Shown: positions 1 through 9,811, counted from the first letter of the stretch. The stretch is DNA of 64,000 bases from a virus (IMGVR_UViG_2551306247_000001:1-64000); one strand, 5' to 3'. A program made the numbers and translations. Notes: generated by a model from the sequence alone, not told the origin.

Positions 1-1887
1 ATGGCGTTTAATTCATTCGAAAAATTGCTTCAATCAAACTATTATAACGATATTTTCAAAGCAGTAGATAATTATATTTACCACCACCGTTCCTATATAT
101 CGGTCAAGTCACATACTGTTGAAGACCCAAACTTTAAGAAGTTGGATGATTTTGCGATAAAGAAAGTCTTGTCTCGTAAAGTTAGAGACGGAATAATTGT
201 TTCTGAACTTCAGGTCATTGCTTCTCTTGAAATTAAGGGGCAGACGAAGTATGGCTATGAAATAGATAGTGCCAATCTGTGGTTAAGAATGACGGTTGAG
301 TATGAGTTGAATGAAGGAATACATAATTTTACAGTTCTTCAGGTTAATCCCTTTGATCCAAAAGATTATGATAATAGTGAATTAGGTCTTAGTCCAGAAT
401 TTGTTCCATACATTAAAGCTAAGGATATGGATGAGATTGCGGAAGGAATTTTGAAGCAATATTACCCTCAAGCACTAGAAGCTCCCATGGCTTTGCCGAT
501 TGATGGCTATCTTGCCAATATCGGATTGACTAAGATGGAGGGTAAGTTAACAGAGGATAGTTCCATTTTTGGAGAGATGGTCTTCAAAGATACAGAAGTT
601 CTATTTTATGATGAGGATACTCCAGAATCAAGACTCGTGAAGAAAAAGACTATTTTAGTAGATCCCGAAGTTATCTGCTTGCGTAATCAAGGGAGTTATA
701 ATAATACAATAGTCCATGAATCAGTTCACTGGTTGCTCCATCGTCATCATAATGAGTATAAAATGCTATTTGATCAGAATCATAAACGAAGTAGTAGTCT
801 AAGAGATAACACTATCTCTAGTTCATCAGAGTGGAGAGACTATGACTGGATGGAGTGGCAGGCAAATGGAATTGCTGCTAGAATTCTGATGCCTAAGTCC
901 ATGACAAGGCAAAAGGTCAATCAACTCTTTACAGACTACTCCTTAAAATATGCTAGTGATGAGAAATTAACCATGTTTGAAAGAATCATAGATGACCTCG
1001 CAGAATTCTTTCAGGTCTCTCGCCTAGCGGCTAAAATTCGGTTACAACAATTGGGCTATCATGAATTTGAAGGCATTTATAATTTCGTTGGAGATGAATA
1101 TCTACGAAGCTATGGTTGTGAACTTAAAGCTATGACTGAAAACAAAAGCTTCACTATTGCCTTTCCCAACGCTTGTCTGTTGAGTTGGAAGAATGAACAG
1201 TTTAGGAAGTTGATGGATTCAGGTCGATATGTTTATGTGGATAACCATTTTTGCTTGAATGATCCTCAATATGTGAACATGGTGGAGTACGGTATTTACG
1301 AAATGACAGACTATGCATACAAACATATGGATGAGTGTTGCCTATTGTTTGATATTTTCTATAAGACAGATAAAAATAAGTCTATATCGATCACTATCTT
1401 TAATGAGTATGTGATGTATCGTGGAAAATCGACGGTTGAAATAGAGGTGGATTTCTCTGAGTTCACCAATATTGTTAATGGTTCAATAATTCTAGATAGT
1501 GGACGAATATTTGAAGAGGTAGTCAGAATCAATGATGAGATGCCGAGTGGCTTTTGTGCCATGCTTATCTACCATCGTACACGCAAAAACATCACTCAAG
1601 AAGATCTTGCTGAGGCATCAGGTGTTAGTTTATCTACTATTCAGCGTTTTGAAACTCAAAGAGATGCGAGTAGGAAACTGGAAAAGATGATGGGGATTAC
1701 TCTTGGAATGAAGCTATATCCTGACTTTAGCTTTAAGTTGATTGAAAAGAGTGGTACAACATTTAGAGATGAGATGCCGACTCATTGTGCTTATAAGATG
1801 TTGCTGAGATATTACTATCATTTGGGAGCTTATGAATGCAACCAGAAGTTGATAGAGATGAAGATTCCTGAATTTTGGGAAAAATAA
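1..1887 (+). CDS. ImmA/IrrE-family zinc metallopeptidase fused to C-terminal XRE helix-turn-helix
   Basis: HEXXH (IVHESVHW), EWQAN..AARILMP, and ITQEDLAEASGVSLSTIQRFE HTH near the C-terminus. Confidence 0.85.
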   Translation: MAFNSFEKLLQSNYYNDIFKAVDNYIYHHRSYISVKSHTVEDPNFKKLDDFAIKKVLSRKVRDGIIVSELQVIASLEIKGQTKYGYEIDSANLWLRMTVEYELNEGIHNFTVLQVNPFDPKDYDNSELGLSPEFVPYIKAKDMDEIAEGILKQYYPQALEAPMALPIDGYLANIGLTKMEGKLTEDSSIFGEMVFKDTEVLFYDEDTPESRLVKKKTILVDPEVICLRNQGSYNNTIVHESVHWLLHRHHNEYKMLFDQNHKRSSSLRDNTISSSSEWRDYDWMEWQANGIAARILMPKSMTRQKVNQLFTDYSLKYASDEKLTMFERIIDDLAEFFQVSRLAAKIRLQQLGYHEFEGIYNFVGDEYLRSYGCELKAMTENKSFTIAFPNACLLSWKNEQFRKLMDSGRYVYVDNHFCLNDPQYVNMVEYGIYEMTDYAYKHMDECCLLFDIFYKTDKNKSISITIFNEYVMYRGKSTVEIEVDFSEFTNIVNGSIILDSGRIFEEVVRINDEMPSGFCAMLIYHRTRKNITQEDLAEASGVSLSTIQRFETQRDASRKLEKMMGITLGMKLYPDFSFKLIEKSGTTFRDEMPTHCAYKMLLRYYYHLGAYECNQKLIEMKIPEFWEK

Positions 1888-1895
1888 TTTTAACG

Positions 1896-1926
1896 ACACC
1901 CTTCAAATTTTGAGGGGTGTTTTTTT
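1896..1926 (+). terminator. Putative rho-independent terminator
   Basis: acaccctt-caaattttg-aggggtgt hairpin followed by a T run, just after the stop at 1887. Confidence 0.6.
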
Positions 1927-2283
1927 GTTTGTTATGCGTGTATTTGAGAGTGGAGGTCATCAAGTTAAGTATGTGAAAGGAAGTTTCAAAAACACTGATT
2001 TTAACGATTTTATTGAATGAGGGAAGCTGTTCTACCCCTCATTTTTTGCTGTGTACCATTTCGTTCAATGGTACTATACTAGACTTATCAAGAACACCTT
2101 CTGTCAATACGGAGTCATGACGATGACCATAATTTCAGATGTAGAGATGGTGGGAAACTATTTCAGCTTGTGAAATTGGCTGACCGATAACATAGAGGAA
2201 AGTAACTATGCGGTCAAGAATATTTTTTGCATGCCTTGATTTGTCATGTGTGCTTTCGGTATTAACTGGAAAGCCAATCAATC

Positions 2284-2853
2284 ATGACAATCAATGTCAA
2301 CTTTTTCAACTACTGCCAAGCTCAATCTTCATCAACTGGAGTACATCCAACTGAAAGTGAAGTACTAGCACCTATGTTTGTACAGGATTACTACATGACT
2401 TCACATCATTCAGGTTTGCTACGTGGCACGTTTCGTCAATGTCGTATCATGGGTATTTCAATACTAACTGCCTTTGTTCCAGTCGCAGAAGAGGACTATG
2501 AACAGATGGTCTGGTGGTATAACAACTCAGTTAATGATTATCTCAAAGATTTTCGTAAGCCGAGTAAAAATGCCCCTAAAGTTTCATCCTGGGAAGCATT
2601 CACAGAGAAACAAGATTTACCAGTTATTGATGATGGGATTGAGCTTTATCTATTCATGGATCAATTTGAGTTTTTGAAATCAAAACTTGCAGAATCAAAC
2701 TTTCAAGCACCAGAAATTTTGGAAATGCTATTTGATGGTTATGAGAATAAGGAAATCTTTGAAAAACTAGGAGTTCAGAAATCTGCAGGCTATAAAAAAG
2801 TCAATAATACTAAGAAAGAAGGGTTTGAGCTTTACAAAGAATTAAATAAATAA
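2284..2853 (+). CDS. Sigma-factor-like / region-4 HTH transcription regulator
   Basis: C-terminal GYENKEIFEKLGVQKSAGYKKV HTH resembling sigma-70 region 4; position ahead of replication genes typical of this prophage family. Confidence 0.65.
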   Translation: MTINVNFFNYCQAQSSSTGVHPTESEVLAPMFVQDYYMTSHHSGLLRGTFRQCRIMGISILTAFVPVAEEDYEQMVWWYNNSVNDYLKDFRKPSKNAPKVSSWEAFTEKQDLPVIDDGIELYLFMDQFEFLKSKLAESNFQAPEILEMLFDGYENKEIFEKLGVQKSAGYKKVNNTKKEGFELYKELNK

Positions 2854-2856
2854 CAG

Positions 2857-2890
2857 AATCGCCATCTCAATTGTGAGGTGGCGATTTTTT
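2857..2890. terminator. Terminator between convergent genes
   Basis: aatcgccatctca-attg-tgaggtggcgatt followed by a T run. Confidence 0.8.
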
Positions 2891-2891
2891 G

Positions 2892-4847
2892 CTAATCTTT
2901 CTGATAGAATATGCATTCGTATCCATCGGCACGAAGGTTAATATCAGACATCCAGTCTGGTGCAATCCCCATTAATAATGCAATCTCATCAAGTTTTTGT
3001 TCCATAGGACATTCGATTATTACTTCATCATGGACATGACCTACAATTTTAAAATCTTTCAGTTGCTTCAAAGAGTAAACAAGAATGTCTCTACTGATAG
3101 CTTGGACAATGTTCTCCACAAATTTTGGACCATAACTTTCTAACCTCTCCCAACGTTTAGCAGTTCCAGTTCCCTCATAAGTGACGGACTCTCCACCGAA
3201 CTGGTTCTCTCCAATTCTTGGTTTAATATATGCTAGTTTGCGACCAGAAGGAAGGGTGATGAACAATATGCCACTTTTAACTTCAAATTGAATACCGTGA
3301 GTAGATGTTGGAATTTGTTCCTTTACAGCAGTCTTTACAGCATTATCGACATCCCACCATAGGAGAACGATATTCGGATTAGCTAGTCGCCATGAGTTTA
3401 CTAGTGGTTGGAGTTCTTCCTCAGTTAGTCCCATATCAATAGCACCCATGGCTTTGAGTGCACCGACTGAACCGCCATAGCCACAAGCAAGCTCTGCAAT
3501 TTTCCCTTTTTGTCTCAATTTAGAATTTTGTCCATGTTTTTCAACTGGTACTCCAAACATCTGAGAAGCGGACATACAGTAGATGTCTTTCCCTTGTTCA
3601 AATACCTTACTCCGCCATCTCTCTCTAGCTAAGTGGGACAGTACACGAGCTTCGATAGCTGAAAAGTCGCAAACAATGAATTTCTTTCCTTTGCTAGGGA
3701 CAAAGGCTGTTCGGATAAGTTGAGATAAGGTATCTTGTGTTTCGTAGAGTAGCTCCGTAGCTTCTAAGTCACCTTTTCTAAAAAGTTCCCTAGCTTCCTC
3801 AAGGTCAGGAAGATGGTTCTGAGGTAGGTTCTGGAGTTGCACTAAGCGTCCAGCCCAACGCCCTGTTCGATTGGCTCCATAGAATTGAAACATCCCTCTA
3901 GCACGTCCATCCTTACAGACACAGTTCATCATTGCTTGGTATTTGGAGACGCTGGATTTGGCTGCTTGCTGCCGAAGTTTGAGGACTTTTGCCGTTTTAT
4001 CATCGACTGTTTTGAGGAGTTCTTTCACAGCTTTTTTATCCAGTGAATCGGTGGTCACTCCGTGTTCTCGTAACCAACCGATCATCTGAAGAACAGAGTT
4101 GGGATTTTCTAGACTTGTTAAAGCTTTCAGTTCCTCTTGGATTTGAGCTTTGCTCTCTGTATCAATTTTGATTGCTGCTTTAACAAAATCAACATCTATG
4201 TCAATACCTCGGTCGTTGATAATCTGATCCTGGAGGTACTCATCCCAAACAAAATCAGGTACTGGGAAGTTTTTCAGTCGTTCCTTGATGGCCAATTCGA
4301 CCTCAACATCACGTCTGTTGTAATCGATAAAGGTAGCCCACTTGTCAGGCGTGTGATGTGGAAAGTTGCGAAGTCTCCCCCCATTGACCTTGGTAGGTTT
4401 ACAAGGTACGCAGAAGTAGCGAATGAGGTCAGCTCCCTCTCTCATCTTTTGGTCTTTGAGTTTGAGAACTGTTCCAACACCTTCAAGGGAGAGGGGAAGT
4501 CCTAAATAAGCGGACCAAATCATGCTACATCTCCATGAAACTGGAGATAAAAATCCAGATGATAACAATTCGGGATGATATTTCTTGAGCCAGTTTGATA
4601 GACAAACTCGCTCAAATGAAGCGTTGAATGCCCATTTGATGACTCTATCATCTACTAAAGCTTCAAGAATATCTTGCGGTAACTTCTCCTTACTTAAGTC
4701 GTAAACAGTCACTGGTCCATTATCGACAGATACCGCAAACAAAAGGAGTTCAAAACTGTCATCTTCCGCATAGCGATAAACACCAGATTTTCGTAAGTCA
4801 ATTTCGCAATAGGTTTCAATGTCGATGCTAAGTTCTTTAATCGGCAT
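2892..4847 (-). CDS. Phage family A DNA polymerase
   Basis: Exo I SIDIETY; motif A DFSAIEARV; motif B KIAELACGYG; motif C HVHDE. Confidence 0.93.
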   Translation of the reverse strand: MPIKELSIDIETYCEIDLRKSGVYRYAEDDSFELLLFAVSVDNGPVTVYDLSKEKLPQDILEALVDDRVIKWAFNASFERVCLSNWLKKYHPELLSSGFLSPVSWRCSMIWSAYLGLPLSLEGVGTVLKLKDQKMREGADLIRYFCVPCKPTKVNGGRLRNFPHHTPDKWATFIDYNRRDVEVELAIKERLKNFPVPDFVWDEYLQDQIINDRGIDIDVDFVKAAIKIDTESKAQIQEELKALTSLENPNSVLQMIGWLREHGVTTDSLDKKAVKELLKTVDDKTAKVLKLRQQAAKSSVSKYQAMMNCVCKDGRARGMFQFYGANRTGRWAGRLVQLQNLPQNHLPDLEEARELFRKGDLEATELLYETQDTLSQLIRTAFVPSKGKKFIVCDFSAIEARVLSHLARERWRSKVFEQGKDIYCMSASQMFGVPVEKHGQNSKLRQKGKIAELACGYGGSVGALKAMGAIDMGLTEEELQPLVNSWRLANPNIVLLWWDVDNAVKTAVKEQIPTSTHGIQFEVKSGILFITLPSGRKLAYIKPRIGENQFGGESVTYEGTGTAKRWERLESYGPKFVENIVQAISRDILVYSLKQLKDFKIVGHVHDEVIIECPMEQKLDEIALLMGIAPDWMSDINLRADGYECIFYQKD

Positions 4848-4895
4848 AGTTTGTCCTTTCTGAAAAAGGTGACAGAAGTACTGCCACCTAAAGTT

Positions 4896-5063
4896 CTATC
4901 TGTTTTTTCGACTGAGTGGTGTTTGGCTAAGTTTTTCTTTATTTTGCTTTGCCTTTCGTTCCATTTCATTTCGAATATCATCTCTAATGGTCATATACCC
5001 GAAGTATAGTCCGATAAGCACCCAGAGGCCCATAATAGTACAAGTTAAAATAGTATACATCAT
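4896..5063 (-). CDS. Small predicted membrane protein (55 aa, not in ORF track)
   Basis: MMYTILTCTIMGLWVLIGLYFGYMTIRDDIRNEMERKAK...; hydrophobic N-terminus, basic tail; fills the gap between SSB and polymerase. Confidence 0.6.
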   Translation of the reverse strand: MMYTILTCTIMGLWVLIGLYFGYMTIRDDIRNEMERKAKQNKEKLSQTPLSRKNR

Positions 5064-5081
5064 CAATCTAATTCTCTCTTT

Positions 5082-5630
5082 CTAGTTCAAAAAGTCATCA
5101 TCGTCTTCTGTCGCAAAATCATCCTCGGCACGAGTGCGTCCACCAAGGGGTTCACCATCACGCAATTTTTGCAAGTTATTCAAACCGCAAGCAATACCTT
5201 TGTTGCCGTTAGAATTGAAAGCATAGAAGGTAATAGAAGCACGACCATAGATACCAGAGTACAATTCTGAAGTATCAATAATTTCTTGACGATTGCCATC
5301 AACCACACCAGGTTTATGCGGAGAGTTAGCATTTACGAAGTAAGAATTTTTGTATGCTTCATCATCAGGGCGTTCAAGGTCACCATCACGAAGTGGAGTT
5401 TTTAGAGTAGATAATGCAGGTACAGATTTGCCATTGCCTTTGAGTTTTGACTCACCTTCTTTGTAAGCTTGCTCAATAGCAGCCTTGATTTTGTTAATGG
5501 TGACGGTATCCTCTTTTGGGATGATGAGTGAGGCACTGTACTTGGGAGTGCTACCGTTAATTGACTTCGGCTCATTGGCATTTAAGTAGCTGAAGCGAGT
5601 GTTTGGTCCTGTAATTACTTTAGTTGTCAT
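5082..5630 (-). CDS. DUF2815 family ssDNA-binding protein
   Basis: RFSY..EPK..KYS.SL.IPK; LRDGD; GNKGIACGLNNLQKLRDGEPLGG; acidic tail; start trimmed to MTTKV after RBS. Confidence 0.85.
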   Translation of the reverse strand: MTTKVITGPNTRFSYLNANEPKSINGSTPKYSASLIIPKEDTVTINKIKAAIEQAYKEGESKLKGNGKSVPALSTLKTPLRDGDLERPDDEAYKNSYFVNANSPHKPGVVDGNRQEIIDTSELYSGIYGRASITFYAFNSNGNKGIACGLNNLQKLRDGEPLGGRTRAEDDFATEDDDDFLN

Positions 5631-5634
5631 ATAG

Positions 5635-6756
5635 TTAATCCTCTTTAAATTCATTTTTTGCTAGGTTCATCTCTTGACGGCTGTCGTCAATTGGAACGAG
5701 TGTTGGTTTACCACTTGGTTTTATTACGAGACCACCAAGTAGGTCGTTAAAAGTTTTCTTGCCAAGTAACTTAGTCATGGCAGTGATAGTGAGCAGTTTC
5801 TTCTCATAAGGGTCATAGCCTGCTTCAATCACTGCTTGGCCAACGGCTGACTCATCTGAGAATTTACGAACAGAGCGGCCTTCAACCAGTTTGTATCCTG
5901 GGATAGGATGTCCATCTGTTGCTTGATTTAATGCATAAGCTTTGATGTCGTTTGCCCATGAAATCAACAAGTCTAGCTTAGGTAAAATCTCTGCAATATC
6001 CTCGTTATCAAGAGTAGCTGGATTCGCAAACTCCATCTTGGCAAGAGCCAAATTATCCTCCGCACGTTTACGACAGACAGTCTTTAGTTTACAGAATTGG
6101 CAGTGTTTACCAGACTGCATATCCCCCTCACCTTTGAATGCAAGTTCAGCTTTTGGAGCGAGTTCATTTTCAGCCCATTCAAGCAACTCAGTCTTTTCTA
6201 TCTCAAAGGTAGATATGTTATGTTTTCGTGGTTGAAAGATGGTCATGGTAACTTTTTCAAAATCATAAAGTCCATCAAACATCTCAAGTGCTCCAAGTGC
6301 ATAACACATCATTTGAGGGTTGTGGTCTGCATCAACTAGAACACCAAGCCCGTGTTTATAGTCAATAACCTGAAGAAGTCCGTCTGCCACAATAAGGCAA
6401 TCTCCAGTTCCAAATCCTTCAGGTACCCACTTAGAAAAGTCCAGTCGTTGTTCGACAAGAACTGTAGGGTCCCGAGAGTAGCCTTTAGCTTTCTCAACTT
6501 GTTCCATGACATAGTTGCGGTATTCTTCTGCACAATCCTGCATTTCATCGTTATAAAATGCTAAATCCTCAGTTGGATCACGCGCATTCCTACCCAAAGC
6601 TTTCTCGACTAGATAAGCACACAACTCGTGAGCATCAGTACCTTCAAGAGCAAACTCAGATGTTGTTCCTGGTAGTTCCTCTGTAAGGCGAACAGATGGT
6701 GGGCAGTTCAACCAACGATGTGATGCAGATGCGGATAGAATGGCATGGTTAGTCAT
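5635..6756 (-). CDS. DUF2800 family Cas4-like PD-(D/E)XK exonuclease
   Basis: HAILSASASHRWLNCPPS; GFGTGD..IDYKHG; C-terminal HCQFC..C cluster; start trimmed to MTNHA. Confidence 0.85.
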   Translation of the reverse strand: MTNHAILSASASHRWLNCPPSVRLTEELPGTTSEFALEGTDAHELCAYLVEKALGRNARDPTEDLAFYNDEMQDCAEEYRNYVMEQVEKAKGYSRDPTVLVEQRLDFSKWVPEGFGTGDCLIVADGLLQVIDYKHGLGVLVDADHNPQMMCYALGALEMFDGLYDFEKVTMTIFQPRKHNISTFEIEKTELLEWAENELAPKAELAFKGEGDMQSGKHCQFCKLKTVCRKRAEDNLALAKMEFANPATLDNEDIAEILPKLDLLISWANDIKAYALNQATDGHPIPGYKLVEGRSVRKFSDESAVGQAVIEAGYDPYEKKLLTITAMTKLLGKKTFNDLLGGLVIKPSGKPTLVPIDDSRQEMNLAKNEFKED

Positions 6757-7072
6757 TACCAATCCCTCCAGCTTCTTCAAGGACTGCCGCAAAGTATTTA
6801 GGGTCAAGAGCTGATAGAGAAGAAGCACCGTAAGCATTTAGCAGAGAACGAACCTCATTCTTAAAGCCATCTTTTGCCTTTGTAGCAAGGACTGCACGGA
6901 CATCCTCCAATTGAATTTCCCTTCGTGGTTCAGATTTTGGTGATATTGGTTCAGTAACTGTTTCACCATCAGTAGATAGGAGTTTCTTGAACTCATCCAC
7001 CAAGCGAAGGTAGTACTTTGCGGTTTCTTCCATATCATGAATTAGTCTATTCAGTTCTTTCATTTTGCTCAT
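6749..7072 (-). CDS. Conserved phage replication-module protein
   Basis: LEDVRAVLA..K.G...VR.LL..YGA..LS.LDP..F pattern typical of the small gene upstream of DUF2800. Confidence 0.7.
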   Translation of the reverse strand: MSKMKELNRLIHDMEETAKYYLRLVDEFKKLLSTDGETVTEPISPKSEPRREIQLEDVRAVLATKAKDGFKNEVRSLLNAYGASSLSALDPKYFAAVLEEAGGIGND

Positions 7073-7181
7073 TGTTTTCTTCCTCCATAATTTTCCGAGC
7101 GAGTAGTTTTGAGATGACGCTGATAGCGATGAGAGTATCAGCTACGTTTTCATCAGGTTTGATGTATGGTTCGTTTACCAT
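7047..7181 (-). CDS. Small phage protein
   Basis: AGGAGG RBS before ATG at 7181; VADTLIAISVISKLLARKI. Confidence 0.55.
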   Translation of the reverse strand: MVNEPYIKPDENVADTLIAISVISKLLARKIMEEENNEQNERTE

Positions 7182-7197
7182 ATTTGGTCCTCCTATC

Positions 7198-7228
7198 TTA
7201 CTAAGTAAGGTTTTGATTAATTTTTCCA
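7198..7228 (-). promoter_or_regulatory. Motif A copy 1: TGGAAA-N15-TACTTAGTAA
   Basis: Same two boxes and 15-nt spacing as three other copies; directly upstream of an RBS. Confidence 0.6.
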
Positions 7229-7266
7229 CTTTGTAAGAGATTTTTTTTAGCCATATCCCTTACACA

Positions 7267-7297
7267 TTACTAAGTAGAACCAAGTGATGTTTTTCCG
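7267..7297 (-). promoter_or_regulatory. Motif A copy 2: CGGAAA-N15-TACTTAGTAA
   Basis: Read on the minus strand; 15-nt spacer. Confidence 0.6.
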
Positions 7298-7388
7298 TTA
7301 GATTTGAAAAAATTTTGAGTATCAAAAAAGTTTCCTGTGCAATTTAATAGGAAACTTCTATTTTTTTGAATAATTTTTTCTGAGAGAG

Positions 7389-7420
7389 CGGAAAGATTTG
7401 TCAGATTCTTACTTAGTAAG
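7389..7420 (+). promoter_or_regulatory. Motif A copy 3: CGGAAA-N15-TACTTAGTAAG
   Basis: Upstream of primase gene; 15-nt spacer. Confidence 0.6.
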
Positions 7421-7469
7421 TTAAGAAGATATATTTCTAAAAATACTGCAAAAATATGGAGGGTGCATA

Positions 7470-9755
7470 ATGCAATTTACCTTATCTCATTCAGGACAGA
7501 CTGGGGTTCAGACAACCACTGTCTACCCCAATCAAGTAGCTATTACTGATGAAATATCGCTACAAACTGTTGTGCAATTCGACCATGTGGCGGGGCTGTT
7601 TTTAAACAATACACGCTCAAATACCAATTTCATTCTGTCGGACGTTTTGGTCATGGATATTGATAATGACCACTCTGAAAATCCAGATGAGTGGATAACT
7701 TTAGAGCGATTAAAAGAAATCTTTGCGGATTATAACTTCGCTTTGGTGACGAGCCGTAGTCACATGCAGGCTAAGGCAGGAAAAGCTCCAAGACCAAAAT
7801 ATCATATCTATTTCCAAATCAATGAGGTAACAGATAAAGACATCTATGTAGCCATGAAGGAAGAACTCTGTAATCAGTACAAGTTTTTTGATGATCATGC
7901 CAAGGATGCGGCAAGGTTCTTCTTTGGAAATCCAAATGCACAGGTTATATGGCATGATTCATGGCTAACTATTGATGAAGATTTGTTTCAAGTTGTTTCT
8001 ATTGAAGACGAGGAAGATTTCGATGCAGACTTCTATACTCCTCCAAGTGGACCGATCCAGCAAGGGAGTCGTAATTCAACGATGTCTGTATTTGCAGCGA
8101 AAATTCTCAAACGGCTAGGCGTGACAAAAGAAGCAAGGGATGGCTTTGATGAGCAGGCACAGAAATGTTTACCGCCACTTGATAAAGCAGAGTTAGATAC
8201 CATTTGGGGTAGTGCTGTGCGATTCTACAACAGAACTATAAAAATATCTAAAGGCTACGTGGCTCCCGATGCTTTTAATAGAGAAACATTAAAACCTGAT
8301 GATTACTCGGATGTTGGGGAAGCGGGAGTTCTTGCAAGAGAGTATGCGAACAGGCTCGCTTATACCAATGCAACGGACTATCTTTACTATGATGGAACTC
8401 ACTGGCGTGAGAACAAGCAGTTGGCATTAGGGGCAGTTGTACACTTTACCGATGAACAACTTGCTGAAGCGAATGCACTCCTGGAAACTGCAGAAAAACA
8501 ACTTCAGTCTTCAGGTATTGATGAATTGACCATTAAGGCTGGTGGAAAGCGACTAGAAAATGCAGTTGAAACTCCACTTCAATTGAAATATTTAAAAAAC
8601 TATTTAGCAGCTAAAGAGTTCCATAAATTTGTTATGAAACATCGTGACTATAAGAATTTGATGGCTGTCTATAATACGGCAAAGCCGATGCTTTCAGTAG
8701 AATTGGCAGAACTAGATAGTGATGACTTATTACTCAATACCCCAGAGGCTACCTATGATTTACGAAAAGGAATAAATGGGTCACAAGAACACAATCCTGA
8801 AGATTATATTACTAAAATGACAGCAGTCTCTCCTAGTGATTATGGAATGGGATTATGGCAGGAAACTTTAGCTACCTTTTTCTGTAATGACCAAGAATTA
8901 ATTGATTATGTTCAAGAAATTATTGGTATGGCAGCAATCGGTAAGGTCTATCAGGAACACATGATTATTGCCTATGGAGGCGGGGCAAACGGTAAGTCTA
9001 CTTTTTGGAACACCATCGCTCGTGTGCTAGGGAGCTACTCAGGGAAATTATCTGCGGATGCCTTAACTATGTCAAACAAGCGAAATGTCAGTCCTGAGCT
9101 TGCCGAGCTTAAAGGGAAACGTCTGGTCATTGCATCTGAGATGGCTGAGGGTATGCGTCTCAATACAGCCGTTGTTAAGCAGATTACCTCAACAGATGAA
9201 ATCCAAGCGGAGAAAAAGTACAAGGACCCATTTCACTTCGTGCCGTCACACACGCTAGTTCTTTACACCAACCATCTACCTAAAGTAGGAGCGAACGATG
9301 ATGGAACTTGGCGACGTTTGCTTGTTATCCCATTTAATGCCAAAATCACTGGTCGCTCTGACATCAAAAACTTTGCGGACCACTTGTATGACAATGCAGC
9401 ACCTGCAATTTTGTCTTGGATTATCGAAGGTGCAGAAAAAGCCATCAAAGCGAACTTCAAAACAAAAGTACCAACTGCTGTATCAGCTTCCGTCAAAGCC
9501 TATCGTGAGGCCAATGATTGGTTAGGACACTTCCTTAGTGACTGTTGTCAAGTTGGTGATCAGTTGACAGAAAAATCAGGAGAACTCTACAGTCAGTATC
9601 GTGCCTATTGCGCCAAAAACATGGAGTACACACGCAGTACAACCGATTTTTATTCTGCACTTGAGCAGGCAGGATTTAAACGAAAACGGACAAGTAAAGG
9701 TAACTTCATTCTTGGATTGAAATTGGTTGAGGATGGCTATGATTTTCTAGACTAG
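7470..9755 (+). CDS. Phage/plasmid P4-family primase-helicase (primase, PriCT, D5-like SF3 helicase)
   Basis: MDIDND primase motif, GSRNSTM PriCT, Walker A GGGANGKST, LYTNHLP. Confidence 0.9.
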   Translation: MQFTLSHSGQTGVQTTTVYPNQVAITDEISLQTVVQFDHVAGLFLNNTRSNTNFILSDVLVMDIDNDHSENPDEWITLERLKEIFADYNFALVTSRSHMQAKAGKAPRPKYHIYFQINEVTDKDIYVAMKEELCNQYKFFDDHAKDAARFFFGNPNAQVIWHDSWLTIDEDLFQVVSIEDEEDFDADFYTPPSGPIQQGSRNSTMSVFAAKILKRLGVTKEARDGFDEQAQKCLPPLDKAELDTIWGSAVRFYNRTIKISKGYVAPDAFNRETLKPDDYSDVGEAGVLAREYANRLAYTNATDYLYYDGTHWRENKQLALGAVVHFTDEQLAEANALLETAEKQLQSSGIDELTIKAGGKRLENAVETPLQLKYLKNYLAAKEFHKFVMKHRDYKNLMAVYNTAKPMLSVELAELDSDDLLLNTPEATYDLRKGINGSQEHNPEDYITKMTAVSPSDYGMGLWQETLATFFCNDQELIDYVQEIIGMAAIGKVYQEHMIIAYGGGANGKSTFWNTIARVLGSYSGKLSADALTMSNKRNVSPELAELKGKRLVIASEMAEGMRLNTAVVKQITSTDEIQAEKKYKDPFHFVPSHTLVLYTNHLPKVGANDDGTWRRLLVIPFNAKITGRSDIKNFADHLYDNAAPAILSWIIEGAEKAIKANFKTKVPTAVSASVKAYREANDWLGHFLSDCCQVGDQLTEKSGELYSQYRAYCAKNMEYTRSTTDFYSALEQAGFKRKRTSKGNFILGLKLVEDGYDFLD

Positions 9756-9811
9756 TGACCGTCATTTTTTGAGACCGACATCCACAAGAAAGGTGGGGGA
9801 ACTATTTTAGG

